Shown: piece after piece, positions 37,989 through 48,065 of the stretch | Position numbering within the stretch: the stretch's first letter is position 1 | Layout of the letters: each line of letters opens with the position of its first letter | From: an uncultured Bacteroidales bacterium | Lineage (GTDB): Bacteria > Bacteroidota > Bacteroidia > Bacteroidales > UBA10428 | NCBI GenBank assembly: GCA_964646255.1 | Contig: CAZYDI010000007.1 | Coordinates: 3,330 to 67,329 of the forward strand | Direction of reading: 5' to 3' | DNA length: 64,000 nt | Made by a program: the position numbers and the translations under genes | Notes under the pieces: generated by a model | What the model was told of the DNA's origin: nothing | Database searches by the model: none | Seen by the model: only the letters and a program-made list of their open reading frames with translations

Positions 37989-38026
37989 AGGCTGTCTGTG
38001 AACTGAGTTCCGGGCAGCCTTTTTTA
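37989..38026 (+). terminator. Terminator after the outer-membrane protein gene
   Basis: AGGCTGTCTG pairs with CGGGCAGCCT (with G-U pairs) around a 12-nt loop, followed by T6. It abuts the rlmB stop on the other strand. Confidence 0.5.
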
Positions 38027-38773
38027 TGCCCTTTGTCGCATTACTTCAAACAAGATCACTGCAGCGGCAGCACTTACATTAAGCGATTGAATGTTACCCT
38101 GCATGGGAATCCTAACCAATATATCGGCCGATTTCAGCAATTTAGCGTCTATTCCTGTTTCTTCCGATCCCATGATTACACCAAGCGGCTGGCGGAAATC
38201 CGCCTGGTAAATGGTTTGCTCTGCTTTTTCGGTTGCGGCTGCTATCATAATACCCGAATCCTTCAGGAATTTAATGGTATCGGAAAGATTGCCGACACGG
38301 CAAACCGGAAGGATATTCAAAGCCCCGGCAGAGCTTTTTATAGCTTCTGCATTCAACTGGGCTGAACCTTTAAGCGGAATAATTATTCCATGAAAACCTG
38401 AACATTCTGCACTCCTCGCTATGGCTCCTATATTACGCACATCGGTAATACTGTCCAGTATTAAGAATGCCGGTGTTGCACCCTGCTCAAAAAGCATGGG
38501 GACGAGCTTATCAAGTTCGGTATATTCCAGTTCCGACAGGAGGGCAATGATGCCCTGATGATTCTTGCCGGTGAGCCTGTTCAGCTTTTCAACCGGCACG
38601 TACTGAAAGGGTATGTTTTGTTCACGCAATGCCGGAAACAGGCCGGGTATCATTTCATTTCTGAAGCCTTGTTTCAGCAGTATCTTGTCAATCTGCCTGC
38701 CTGCTTTTATGGCCTCATTTACCGGGTGTATGCCAAAAATGATCGAGGTTTTTGATTTCATAATTTCAGTCAA
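38024..38773 (-). CDS. rlmB: 23S rRNA (guanosine-2'-O)-methyltransferase RlmB (SpoU/TrmH family)
   Basis: SpoU substrate-binding N-terminus IIFGIHPVNEAI. SPOUT motifs LGVIMGSEETGI and IPMQGNIQSLNVSAAAAVILFE. Confidence 0.85.
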   Translation of the reverse strand: MTEIMKSKTSIIFGIHPVNEAIKAGRQIDKILLKQGFRNEMIPGLFPALREQNIPFQYVPVEKLNRLTGKNHQGIIALLSELEYTELDKLVPMLFEQGATPAFLILDSITDVRNIGAIARSAECSGFHGIIIPLKGSAQLNAEAIKSSAGALNILPVCRVGNLSDTIKFLKDSGIMIAAATEKAEQTIYQADFRQPLGVIMGSEETGIDAKLLKSADILVRIPMQGNIQSLNVSAAAAVILFEVMRQRA

Positions 38774-40046
38774 TCAGGTAAATGTTACCCTTTCTCCATG
38801 TATCCACCGCTGTTCTCCAATAGGTATCATAACTATCGGATCGTTCAAGCGTGTAATTGTTCAACGATAACCATGTGGGATTATGATTGAAGGTGAAAGT
38901 CACCGAGGTGGTATAATTGTTTTTATAGTAAATCCATTTTTCCTGTGTAGATGTCACTTTTACCGATTGCGGCGGGCCATAAATAATAAAAATCATTCCC
39001 CTGTCTGTCTTCCATCCTGGTTTGTAAGATGTAAAATAATAGTTCGCAAAGTAAACCCTCCCATAATAGGCCTTTATCAGTTCCCTTGCTTTGTCTGTAT
39101 TGCCCGCCTTACTCAGCCAGAAGTTATCCACTGCAAGTTTTTTATTGGTGGCTTTTTTCAACTGATCATATTCAACCGATGTTGCCAGGTACGCCAGTGG
39201 TTCAATCATTTGTTGCACCTTCTGCACCCTTGGATAATGCTGATCGAAATTAAGCAAAGTAAGTCCTGCATGTATATTGGTGTCTGGCTGGAAAAAGTAA
39301 ATGCCTTCATAGTTAAACTGGTAATAGACATTTTTGCTAAGAGGCAACACCCACACGCTGTCGGGATTATTGAAGAATTCGGTTTCGCGGATCATCGAAA
39401 ACGATGGTTTGGGCAAGGGGGTTTCCTTTCCGTAGTATTTAATATACACCGAATCATAATGAGAAATATTGTAATCCAGTTTTATGGTTTTCCCTGAAAT
39501 TACATAAGGCCGGTACACAGGTGAGTTTTCCTCCGGCAAACTCACCAGGAAATTTTGCTCATTTACCGGAAGCGATTTATCGATGCTCAGGTATGCGAGG
39601 TTTTCAGATTTCCTTACCATATCCTTTGCTGTCACCGCCATCTGATATCTTTTACCAACCTTGGTGTTGAACTGTATCTGTGTTTGGAATTTCTTGTCAG
39701 CGTTTTCACGGGCAAAACTGTAAACGATTCTTCCTGAATCGGCAATCTCGGGCTTGCCTGGATCGGTTATGTCGTTTAAATACCAGGAAATACTAACCTG
39801 TGCCAGCAGCTTGCTGGGTTCAATGGTCCCTGAATACAATAATTCTGAAGGAAAAATCTTAATCAGCAGCACCGACGTTTCAGCAGTGTTGTGATAAACA
39901 GTATAAGCCGGATGAATACGGGTATTCGAGGGATTATACATGTTGGACAGGTTAATAACACTAGCCTGTTGCCTGACTCCTGATTTGGTTGATGTGCATG
40001 CAACCGGCAAAGCCAAAATGAACAGATAAGTCAGAAGCCTTTTCAT
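38766..40046 (-). CDS. GWxTD domain-containing secreted protein
   Basis: Signal MKRLLTYLFILALPVACTS. C-terminal YKPGWKTDRGMIFIIYGPP matches the GWxTD signature. Its 3' end overlaps the rlmB start by 8 nt. Confidence 0.75.
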   Translation of the reverse strand: MKRLLTYLFILALPVACTSTKSGVRQQASVINLSNMYNPSNTRIHPAYTVYHNTAETSVLLIKIFPSELLYSGTIEPSKLLAQVSISWYLNDITDPGKPEIADSGRIVYSFARENADKKFQTQIQFNTKVGKRYQMAVTAKDMVRKSENLAYLSIDKSLPVNEQNFLVSLPEENSPVYRPYVISGKTIKLDYNISHYDSVYIKYYGKETPLPKPSFSMIRETEFFNNPDSVWVLPLSKNVYYQFNYEGIYFFQPDTNIHAGLTLLNFDQHYPRVQKVQQMIEPLAYLATSVEYDQLKKATNKKLAVDNFWLSKAGNTDKARELIKAYYGRVYFANYYFTSYKPGWKTDRGMIFIIYGPPQSVKVTSTQEKWIYYKNNYTTSVTFTFNHNPTWLSLNNYTLERSDSYDTYWRTAVDTWRKGNIYLID

Positions 40047-40081
40047 ATATTTACCGGTAGATCTGTTTTGTGTAAAAATAC

Positions 40082-42025
40082 TTAATTTCTTTTAGTTTTA
40101 AGTTGCTCCAGTTCAATCTGAAGCTGTTCCCAAACAGCCAGGCATTCTTTCAGCTTGTTTTGCAGCGATTCATAATTGCTGTAAAAATCAGCCGACTTCA
40201 GAAGATCAGGATCCTGGAGAGGATTGGCTATAGCCAGTTCAAAGGTCTGAATTTGTTTTTCCAGGCCGGTTATATCGGATTCGGTTTTACTGATTCTGTT
40301 TTCCAGCTTCCTTAATTCGCGATCAGCCTCTTTTTTATCATAGAACGCCTGTTTATTTCCTGATTCACTCCGTGCAGCATTGAATGAGGCTTCCTTTTTT
40401 TCGAGTTCAGCCATGGAGCTGATTTTTCTTTTTTGAAGGAAATCATAAATGCCTCCAATATGCTCCTTTATTTTCTTTTCGCTGAATTCAAATATTTTCC
40501 CCACCATACCGTCAAGGAACTCCCGATCATGCGAAACCGCAATAAGTGTGCCATCATAGGCCACCAATGCTTTCTTTAGAATGTCTTTTGATCGCATATC
40601 AAGATGATTGGTCGGCTCATCAAGGATCAACAGGTTACATGGTTCAAGCAATAACCGCGCCATTGCCAGGCGCGACCTTTCACCTCCTGATAAGACTTTA
40701 ACCTTTTTATCCACATCTTCACCCCTGAAAAGAAAGGCACCCAGAATGTCCCTTATCCTGGTCCGGATATCTCCTACAGCAACTTCATCAAGCGTTTCCA
40801 AAACAGTCTTATCTCCATCGAGGAGTTCATCCTGATTTTGTGCGAAATAACCTATGCTCACATTATGCCCGGTTTTTAAATGCCCGTCAAAGGGCAACAT
40901 GCCCATGATTACTTTGGTTAATGTGGTTTTTCCTTCTCCATTGCGTCCTACAAAGGCGACTTTTTCGCCCCTGTGCACCACCAGATCAACTTCTTTCAGT
41001 ACGGGTTGCATACCATAACCCACGCTCAGTTCACTGGCTTCCAAAACCACTGTGCCCGACCGGGGCGATGATGGAAACCGTATGTTGATGGATGAGGTAT
41101 CTTCTTCATCAATTTCAATGATATCGAGTTTCTCGAGCATCTTAATGCGCGATTGCACCTGTACAGCTTTGGTGGCCTTATAACGGAACCGTTCTATAAA
41201 ATCCTTCGTTTCATCAATGAGTTTCTGCTGATTTCTGTAGGCGGCATTTTGTTGCTCCCTTCTTTCCTTTCTAAGCTCAACATACCTTGAATAGGGCACA
41301 CGGTAGTCATATGCTTTGCCCAGTGAAATTTCAACGGTCCGGTTGGTTACCCTGTCAAGAAATACGCGGTCATGTGATATCAGCAATACAGCACCATGGT
41401 AGTTTTTAAGGAATTCTTCGAGCCACTGAATGGAGTCAATGTCGAGATGATTTGTAGGCTCATCAAGCAACACAGCATCAGGTGATTTAAGGAGTATTTT
41501 TGCAAGTTCAATGCGCATTCTCCAGCCCCCGCTGAATTCACGGGTATGCCTCCCAAAGTCATTCCTGTTAAAGCCCAATCCAATCAGTACCTGCTCAATT
41601 TTCTGATTTCGGTTGCTTCCTTCCAGTAAATGATAACGTTCGGTTTTTTCAGTCATTTGCCCGATAAGATCGGTATATGCTTCGGATTCGTAGTCGGTTC
41701 GCACAGCAATTTGGTGGCTCAGGTGCTCAATTTCCTTTTCAAGGATGATTATTTCATCAAATGCACTTCCGGCTTCTTCAATCAATGTTTTGTCATCAAC
41801 AATTACCATCTGTTGCGGAAGGTATCCAAGCCTGATTCCTGCAGGAACCATTACTTTTCCCTCATCGGGCTGCTGTAAGCCGGTAAAAACCTTGAGCAGC
41901 GTGGTTTTTCCTGCTCCGTTCCGGCCTACCAAACCCACTTTGTCCTTACTGTTAACCAGCAGTGAGATCTGGTTAAACAGCACTGAACCTCCGAACGATA
42001 TACTAACCTGGTCTACTGATATCAT
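40082..42025 (-). CDS. ABC-F family ATPase (two ABC domains, no TM) with a C-terminal coiled coil
   Basis: Walker A GRNGAGKTTL and GRNGEGKTTL. Signatures FSGGWRMRIELA and LSGGERSRLAMA. Coiled-coil tail. 647 aa. Confidence 0.9.
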   Translation of the reverse strand: MISVDQVSISFGGSVLFNQISLLVNSKDKVGLVGRNGAGKTTLLKVFTGLQQPDEGKVMVPAGIRLGYLPQQMVIVDDKTLIEEAGSAFDEIIILEKEIEHLSHQIAVRTDYESEAYTDLIGQMTEKTERYHLLEGSNRNQKIEQVLIGLGFNRNDFGRHTREFSGGWRMRIELAKILLKSPDAVLLDEPTNHLDIDSIQWLEEFLKNYHGAVLLISHDRVFLDRVTNRTVEISLGKAYDYRVPYSRYVELRKERREQQNAAYRNQQKLIDETKDFIERFRYKATKAVQVQSRIKMLEKLDIIEIDEEDTSSINIRFPSSPRSGTVVLEASELSVGYGMQPVLKEVDLVVHRGEKVAFVGRNGEGKTTLTKVIMGMLPFDGHLKTGHNVSIGYFAQNQDELLDGDKTVLETLDEVAVGDIRTRIRDILGAFLFRGEDVDKKVKVLSGGERSRLAMARLLLEPCNLLILDEPTNHLDMRSKDILKKALVAYDGTLIAVSHDREFLDGMVGKIFEFSEKKIKEHIGGIYDFLQKRKISSMAELEKKEASFNAARSESGNKQAFYDKKEADRELRKLENRISKTESDITGLEKQIQTFELAIANPLQDPDLLKSADFYSNYESLQNKLKECLAVWEQLQIELEQLKTKRN

Positions 42026-42056
42026 AGTGAAAAATACACTTCTTTGGTTTACGGTA

Positions 42057-43178
42057 CTACATTGTTGAAAGCTTCAGGCCCCTGAAGTAAAACATGAGTA
42101 TGTCCACATAGGTATACCCTACTTTCGCCATTTCCATTGCCCCGTGCTGGCAAAGGCCTAAACCATGGCCATAGCCATGCCCTGTTATCCATACCTGGTC
42201 ATCAATTTTAGTGATGTTAAAATACGATGATTTTAATCCAAATTCTTTTCTTATCTCCGTTAAAAGCAATTTTCCCTGCGGATCCAGGAATTTTCTCCTT
42301 CCGGCTTCACTGGAAATAAGTTTAATTGAACCGTCGGTATAACCTTTCTGCACCAGGAAGGCATTCCATTTTGAAAGCGGAAATTTTACCGTCCATGTGC
42401 GGTGTTTTGAATGGTCGCAAAAGGGATCATTAACCGGCACCAGGTACGGAAGGTCGTAGTTCCATTCTACCGATGCACTGCCGGTTATCCCACCACAATT
42501 TGAATGGTAAACCGACACTGTTGTACGGTTATATTTGTCTTTAAGCACAATTCCGCTGGTTTGCTGTGAAGCTGAATATATTTCCCTGTTCATACGGCTT
42601 TTACCATTAAAAGCCTGGCAATGCACGCCGTCACATATATTGAAACCATCATGGGCGTGACGGGCAAAATTATGCACGGCAAAGGTACGGGAGATAATCG
42701 CCTGCGCTTTATAGTATTCAGGCAATGCCACTGAGCCTCCTTCAGCTTCCACTGTTCCTGGAATGTATTTTTCCAGGTCGAGGGTATTTACGATGCTCAG
42801 ATAACCATATTTTATGTCAACGGAAAGATCATCTTCTGATTCTTTTGGATGCAATGCCGGATAAACCGGCTTAACCTGGAAAAGGTTGGCTTCTGCCATT
42901 CCCTTTAGCAAAATGGAAGTAAAGGTGCCATATGACTTTGTCAGGTCATGAATTTCAATCACAGAACCAATCAATGTGATATGCAACATATTTCCCTTAC
43001 GTATGACGGCTGTTTGATTTCCATCCCCATATAACTTGTATTCGCCGTCGAGGGTGGAAAACACCATTGTTTCCACCTTCATGTTATAAAACAAGCCTAA
43101 CTTAATGGTTGCCGCACTGGTTCTGAACCATATTCCTGCGGTTATACAAAAAGCAATCAGGATTAACCTCATGTTCAT
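42057..43178 (-). CDS. SpoIID/LytB domain-containing protein
   Basis: YHSNCGGITGS and GHGYGHGLGLCQHGA are typical SpoIID/LytB motifs. N-terminal signal or anchor. Confidence 0.8.
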   Translation of the reverse strand: MNMRLILIAFCITAGIWFRTSAATIKLGLFYNMKVETMVFSTLDGEYKLYGDGNQTAVIRKGNMLHITLIGSVIEIHDLTKSYGTFTSILLKGMAEANLFQVKPVYPALHPKESEDDLSVDIKYGYLSIVNTLDLEKYIPGTVEAEGGSVALPEYYKAQAIISRTFAVHNFARHAHDGFNICDGVHCQAFNGKSRMNREIYSASQQTSGIVLKDKYNRTTVSVYHSNCGGITGSASVEWNYDLPYLVPVNDPFCDHSKHRTWTVKFPLSKWNAFLVQKGYTDGSIKLISSEAGRRKFLDPQGKLLLTEIRKEFGLKSSYFNITKIDDQVWITGHGYGHGLGLCQHGAMEMAKVGYTYVDILMFYFRGLKLSTM

Positions 43179-44290
43179 GGTTTAACCAGTTCAACCACAC
43201 GTTTGCCAACCTGTTCTGCAACGCCCGGCTCACCCAGTATTGCACGGAGTTCCTCATAATCCTGCAGCATTTTATTGCGGTATGGTACATCAGATAAAAT
43301 TCTCCTCAGTTCTTTTTCTATATCGGCAGCAAGGTTTTTCTGCAGGAGTTCCTTAACGGCTTCCCTATCAAGAATTAGGTTTACAAGGGAAAAGAATTTC
43401 ACATGAACCAGGAAACTACCCACAAAAAAGGTAACCGGGTTGGTTTTATACACAACAACTTCGGGCACATTGAGCAGGGCAGTTTCGAGCGTTGCTGTGC
43501 CGGAAGTTACTACTGCTGCTGCGGCATGCTTTAGGAGCGTATACGTTTGGTTGTAGACAACTTTTACATTAGCCCCGGGGATAATCTGTTCGTAAAAAGA
43601 CGGCTGAATGGAGGGTGCTCCGGCAATGATAAATTGGTGTTCCGGAAATTGCGCTGCGGCTGTGAGCATCTCGGGAAGCAAGTCGCTGATTTCCTGTTTT
43701 CGGCTCCCGGCTAACAATGCAACAATAGGTTTTTCATCAAGGTTATTCTCTGACCTGAAGTTACCCGGGTTGTAGGTTTTTTCAAATGCATGAATGCTGT
43801 CGACTACAGGATTTCCATAGTACTCAGCGTCTACGGCATACCCACCATAAAAATCCTTTTCAAAGGGCAGAATAACAAACATTTTGTGCACGCAGCGCTG
43901 AACAACTTTAACACGCCACTTTGCCCATGCCCAAAGTTTTGGTGATATATAGTAAATAACTTTTATGTTGTTCCTTGCGGCAAATTTCGCCATAGGCAGG
44001 TTGAATCCCGAATAATCTACCAATATCAGCACATCAGGATTAAACGCAAGAATGTCCTGCCGGCATTCAACCTTGTGTTTTCTGATAACCGGATACTTTT
44101 TGAGTACTTCAACCATACCCATCATAGCCATTTCACGGTAATGAAGGTGCAGGTCGGCACCCGCTTCCCGCATCAGGTCGCCGCCAAAACAGCGCAGCCG
44201 GGCTTCAGTATCAAACTTTCGGATCGATTTAATAAGGTTGGATGCATGCAAATCTCCGGATGCTTCTCCGGCTATGAGGTAGTACTTCAT
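43175..44290 (-). CDS. lpxB: Lipid-A-disaccharide synthase
   Basis: MKYYLIAGEASGDLHASNLI N-terminus. GT19 length (371 aa). 4-nt overlap with the downstream gene. Confidence 0.9.
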   Translation of the reverse strand: MKYYLIAGEASGDLHASNLIKSIRKFDTEARLRCFGGDLMREAGADLHLHYREMAMMGMVEVLKKYPVIRKHKVECRQDILAFNPDVLILVDYSGFNLPMAKFAARNNIKVIYYISPKLWAWAKWRVKVVQRCVHKMFVILPFEKDFYGGYAVDAEYYGNPVVDSIHAFEKTYNPGNFRSENNLDEKPIVALLAGSRKQEISDLLPEMLTAAAQFPEHQFIIAGAPSIQPSFYEQIIPGANVKVVYNQTYTLLKHAAAAVVTSGTATLETALLNVPEVVVYKTNPVTFFVGSFLVHVKFFSLVNLILDREAVKELLQKNLAADIEKELRRILSDVPYRNKMLQDYEELRAILGEPGVAEQVGKRVVELVKP

Positions 44291-44604
44291 ACCATTGAAA
44301 AAATAAACTTGAAAGCAAACAGAACTACAGTAAGAACAATGGTTACGATAACCACGCCTTTCGATGCCTTATTCCAGTCGAGTCCGTTAAAGGCAAAGAA
44401 TAGGATGACATTGGGCAAAATGCAATGACTTAGCAGCACAGGTATAATATTGCTTATTACCAGCCGGCTTGAAAACAAGGTAGCTTTTACATCCTGTATT
44501 TTAGCATAGTAAAAAATAAGAAATGCAATAACAGGCAATACCAGTCCTGCAATCACTCCCGTGAGCAGGGTATCAAAACGCCGGAGCTTTGCTTTTGTGA
44601 TCAT
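44287..44604 (-). CDS. Small hypothetical membrane protein (3 TM)
   Basis: The ATG at 44604 (MITKAKLRRFD...) sits 1 nt after the surE stop. Three hydrophobic segments. Overlaps the lpxB start by 4 nt. Confidence 0.5.
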   Translation of the reverse strand: MITKAKLRRFDTLLTGVIAGLVLPVIAFLIFYYAKIQDVKATLFSSRLVISNIIPVLLSHCILPNVILFFAFNGLDWNKASKGVVIVTIVLTVVLFAFKFIFSMV

Positions 44605-44605
44605 G

Positions 44606-45385
44606 TTATAAATTCCAGTTATATAGCGTGGCAAGGGTTTCGTGCGAAGTAAGGTCGGCCTTCAGTGGTACAATGGAAACAAAATTGTTGTTAAGCGCCC
44701 ATTCATCAGTGTCGGTGGCCTCCGGCTCAGTATTATGAAACTCACCGGTAAGCCAGAAATAGTGCTTTCCGGCAGGGTCAGTCCTTTTATCAAATTCCTC
44801 GCGCCAGTATCCCCTGTTTTGCCGGCATATCTTAATCCCTGCAATTTTTTCTCTTTCCACATCGGGGATATTCACATTAAGGCAAATGGTATTGGGCAGG
44901 CCGTTTTGTAATACCTGTTTTGTTATGATATCAACATAATGCCGGGCAGTGGTAAAATCGGCGTCATGGCTTAAGTTCAGCAACGAGAAGCCTATTGAAG
45001 GTATTTCATTAATGCAGCCTTCAAGTGCGGCACCCAGGGTTCCTGAATAAAAAACGCTTGCCGCTGAATTTGAACCATGGTTTATCCCTGAGAGTAACAA
45101 ATCCGGCTTGCCTTGTATCAGATGGTTCAATGCCATTTTAACACAATCCACCGGAGTGCCATGACACTTGTACACAGTGAGGTCTTCCTCCTCGCGCAAT
45201 TTGGTTAATCGTAAAGGGAATTTAACGGTAATGGCATGCGACATTCCCGACTGGGCATCTGCAGGTGCAACCACAATAACTTTTCCCAATGTACGAACCG
45301 TTTCAATTAATGCACTTATTCCCCTGGCTTCAACACCATCGTCATTGGTAATGAGAATTAATGGTTTGTTAGGTTTCGTTGACAT
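44606..45385 (-). CDS. surE: 5'/3'-nucleotidase SurE
   Basis: LILITNDDGVEARGI and SGINHGSN signatures. 259 aa. Confidence 0.92.
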   Translation of the reverse strand: MSTKPNKPLILITNDDGVEARGISALIETVRTLGKVIVVAPADAQSGMSHAITVKFPLRLTKLREEEDLTVYKCHGTPVDCVKMALNHLIQGKPDLLLSGINHGSNSAASVFYSGTLGAALEGCINEIPSIGFSLLNLSHDADFTTARHYVDIITKQVLQNGLPNTICLNVNIPDVEREKIAGIKICRQNRGYWREEFDKRTDPAGKHYFWLTGEFHNTEPEATDTDEWALNNNFVSIVPLKADLTSHETLATLYNWNL

Positions 45386-45418
45386 GAAAATTGAAATATC
45401 GGCAAAGATACGATTTTT

Positions 45419-45469
45419 AGGTGAAGAAGTGAGGGAGGTGACGAAGTGAGGATAGGAGGAGGTGATGTG
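45419..45469. repeat. Purine-rich imperfect tandem repeat (period 17): AGGTGAAGAAGTGAGG / AGGTGACGAAGTGAGG / AGGTGATGTG
   Basis: Read directly in the surE-pheT divergent intergenic region. About 90 percent purine on the plus strand. Confidence 0.7.
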
Positions 45470-45576
45470 TTAATTTATGCCCCTCAGAATGTCCATCCGG
45501 CCTGCTGATGAACTGTAGTTGCCGGTACAATGTTGAGAGGCATGGTGATTAGTGAATGATGTCTCCTCAAAATGAT

Positions 45577-45584
45577 TATTTTTG
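45577..45584 (+). promoter_or_regulatory. Bacteroidota-type -7 box TATTTTTG upstream of pheT
   Basis: Exact TAnnTTTG match, ending 18 nt upstream of the pheT ATG at 45603. Confidence 0.4.
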
Positions 45585-45602
45585 TCTTTTTAAACAACAT
45601 TC

Positions 45603-48062
45603 ATGAACATCTCTTATAGTTGGCTCAGGCAATACATTGACACGAACCTGAGTGCTGCCGAAGTAGCCGTAATTCTTACCGGTATTGGTCTTGAAGTGGA
45701 AGCCATTGAAACAGTCGAAAAAATCAAAGGCAGCTTAAAAGGCTTTGTTACCGGCGAAGTAAAAACCTGCGTTAAACATCCCGATGCGGATAAGCTGTCG
45801 GTAACCACCGTTGACATTGGAACCGGCAATCTGCTGAACATTGTATGCGGTGCACCAAATGTTGCAGCCGGACAGAAAGTGGTTGTGGCAACCATGGGAA
45901 CAACTGTTTATAAGGGCGACCAGGGTTTTGAAATTAAAAAAGCCAAAATAAGGGGCGTTGTTTCTGAAGGAATGATATGCGCCGAGGATGAAATCGGACT
46001 TGGTGACAGCCATGATGGCATTATGGTGCTGCCTGCTGACACAAAAATCGGAGTTCCGGCCAGTGAATATTTCAGCATTGATGCTGATACCATGTTTGTA
46101 ATTGGCCTGACTCCCAACAGGATTGACAGTGCCTCGCACATTGGCGTTGCCAGAGACCTGGCAGCCTTTCTTAAAAAAGATAAGGAGGTTCGTGTTATTA
46201 AGCCTGATGTAAGTGCATTCAAAACAGAAAATGAGGATTATCCCGTATCGGTTGAGATAAAGAATGCCAAATCATGCCCGCGTTACGCCGGTGTTAGCGT
46301 GTCCGGTGTGAAAGTGGGACCATCACCCCGGTGGCTTCAGGACAGGCTTATATCCATTGGAATGAACCCCATCAACAATATTGTAGATTGTACCAATTTT
46401 GTCCTGCACGAATTGGGACAACCCTTGCATGCCTTTGATGCCGATGAGTTAAAGGGCCGCAAAATAGTCGTTGACAATTTACCTGAGGGAACAGCTTTTG
46501 TTACATTGGACAATGCTACAAGGAAACTTTCCGCTGAAGACCTTATGATTTGTGATGCTGAAAAACCGGTTGCCATAGGTGGCGTGTTTGGCGGATTGCA
46601 TTCCGGTGTAACGGATAAAACCACGAACATTTTCATAGAAAGTGCCTATTTCAACCCGGTCTCTGTAAGAAAAACGTCAAAACGACATTTGCTGAATACG
46701 GATGCGTCTTTCCGGTTTGAACGCGGGGTGGATCCTGAAAACACATTGTATGCACTTCAGCGCTGCGCATTGCTGGTAAAGGAAGTTGCAGGGGGCACAA
46801 TATCATCACAAATTGTTGATGTATACCCTGAACCGATGAAACCTGCCAGGGTAAAGGTTACCTACAGCAACATCGACCGGTTGATCGGTAAAAAGATTGA
46901 CCATCAGCTTATCAGGTCGATCCTGGTTTCATTGGATTTTGAAATCCTGAATGAGGATGAATCTGCACTTGAACTGAAAGTACCTTTATACCGTGTTGAC
47001 GTAAACCGCGAGGCTGATGTTATTGAAGAAATTCTCAGGATTTACGGATACAACAATGTTGAGATCTCAGGGACTTTACACACCAGTTTATCCTTCAGCA
47101 ATAAACCCGACAATGAAAAGCTGGTCAACATGATATCTGAATTTCTCTGTGGCTGCGGATTTACAGAAATCATGAACAATTCTCTCAGCAGTTCGGCCTA
47201 CTATGGTGACCTTACCACGTTTGATCCGGAACGCCTGGTGAAAATCATGAATCCGCTCAGTAATGAACTCAATGTTATGCGCCAGACGCTCCTGTTCGGA
47301 GGGCTTGAAACAATTATACACAACATCAACCGTCAAAGGCCAAACCTCCGGCTTTTTGAGGCAGGAAATTGTTATTTCTTCAATGCCGCAACAGGAAACA
47401 GGAACGCGCTGGAGAAATATGAAGAGCACTTTCAGTTTGCGCTTTTCCTTACAGGACGCAAGCATGAAGCCAACTGGATTTCGGCAGGCGAGAGTTCAGG
47501 ATATTTTGAATTGAAGGGCTATCTTGAGAATATGCTTGAACGACTTGGCCTGGAAAGCCGGCACCTGGCTGTTTCAAGCATCACCGATAAAAATGATTTG
47601 TATTCCGGTGGCCTGTACTATTCCCTGAATGAGATTCCGGTGGCAGAATTGGCTATTATTAAGAAAGGGGTTTTGAAACGGTTTGATATACGCAGTGAGG
47701 TTTTTTATGCTGTGATTAATTGGGAAAATATTCTCAAACTTAAGGGCGATCATCGCATCAGGCATTCGGAATTGCCTCGTTTCCCTGAGGTAAGAAGAGA
47801 CCTGGCCCTCGTGGTAAATAAAAATGTTACCTATGATCGCATCAAGGAAATTGCCTTTAACATTGAAAGCAAGATTCTTGTTCGCATGGACCTTTTCGAT
47901 GTATATGAGGGAGAGCAAATCGCACAGGGTAAAAAATCTTACGCCGTAAGCTTCATCCTGCTGGAGAAGGAATCCACCCTTACCGATGAAAGGATTGACA
48001 AAACCATGAACCGGTTGATTAATGCCTATTCAAAGGAACTGGGTGCCGAAATAAGAAAATGA
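45603..48062 (+). CDS. pheT: Phenylalanine--tRNA ligase beta subunit
   Basis: MNISYSWLRQYI start. tRNA-binding OB domain VKTCVKHPDADKLSVTTVDIG. B3/4, B5 and C-terminal FDX-ACB regions. 819 aa. Confidence 0.95.
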   Translation: MNISYSWLRQYIDTNLSAAEVAVILTGIGLEVEAIETVEKIKGSLKGFVTGEVKTCVKHPDADKLSVTTVDIGTGNLLNIVCGAPNVAAGQKVVVATMGTTVYKGDQGFEIKKAKIRGVVSEGMICAEDEIGLGDSHDGIMVLPADTKIGVPASEYFSIDADTMFVIGLTPNRIDSASHIGVARDLAAFLKKDKEVRVIKPDVSAFKTENEDYPVSVEIKNAKSCPRYAGVSVSGVKVGPSPRWLQDRLISIGMNPINNIVDCTNFVLHELGQPLHAFDADELKGRKIVVDNLPEGTAFVTLDNATRKLSAEDLMICDAEKPVAIGGVFGGLHSGVTDKTTNIFIESAYFNPVSVRKTSKRHLLNTDASFRFERGVDPENTLYALQRCALLVKEVAGGTISSQIVDVYPEPMKPARVKVTYSNIDRLIGKKIDHQLIRSILVSLDFEILNEDESALELKVPLYRVDVNREADVIEEILRIYGYNNVEISGTLHTSLSFSNKPDNEKLVNMISEFLCGCGFTEIMNNSLSSSAYYGDLTTFDPERLVKIMNPLSNELNVMRQTLLFGGLETIIHNINRQRPNLRLFEAGNCYFFNAATGNRNALEKYEEHFQFALFLTGRKHEANWISAGESSGYFELKGYLENMLERLGLESRHLAVSSITDKNDLYSGGLYYSLNEIPVAELAIIKKGVLKRFDIRSEVFYAVINWENILKLKGDHRIRHSELPRFPEVRRDLALVVNKNVTYDRIKEIAFNIESKILVRMDLFDVYEGEQIAQGKKSYAVSFILLEKESTLTDERIDKTMNRLINAYSKELGAEIRK

Positions 48063-48065
48063 ACC

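Noticed and set aside
38883-39497. 204-aa ORF on the plus strand, the longest unexplained ORF in the track.
   Set aside because: It lies entirely antisense to the well-supported GWxTD gene. Its translation is Cys/Arg/Phe/Ile-rich junk (…FFLCRCHFYRLRRAINNK…) with no motif. This is the typical shadow ORF of a real gene.
45386-45602. Possible T-box or other riboswitch/leader upstream of pheT.
   Set aside because: I found no specifier loop, no T-box sequence and no terminator hairpin with a U-run. T-box leaders are not characteristic of Bacteroidota. Only the purine-rich repeat is reported.
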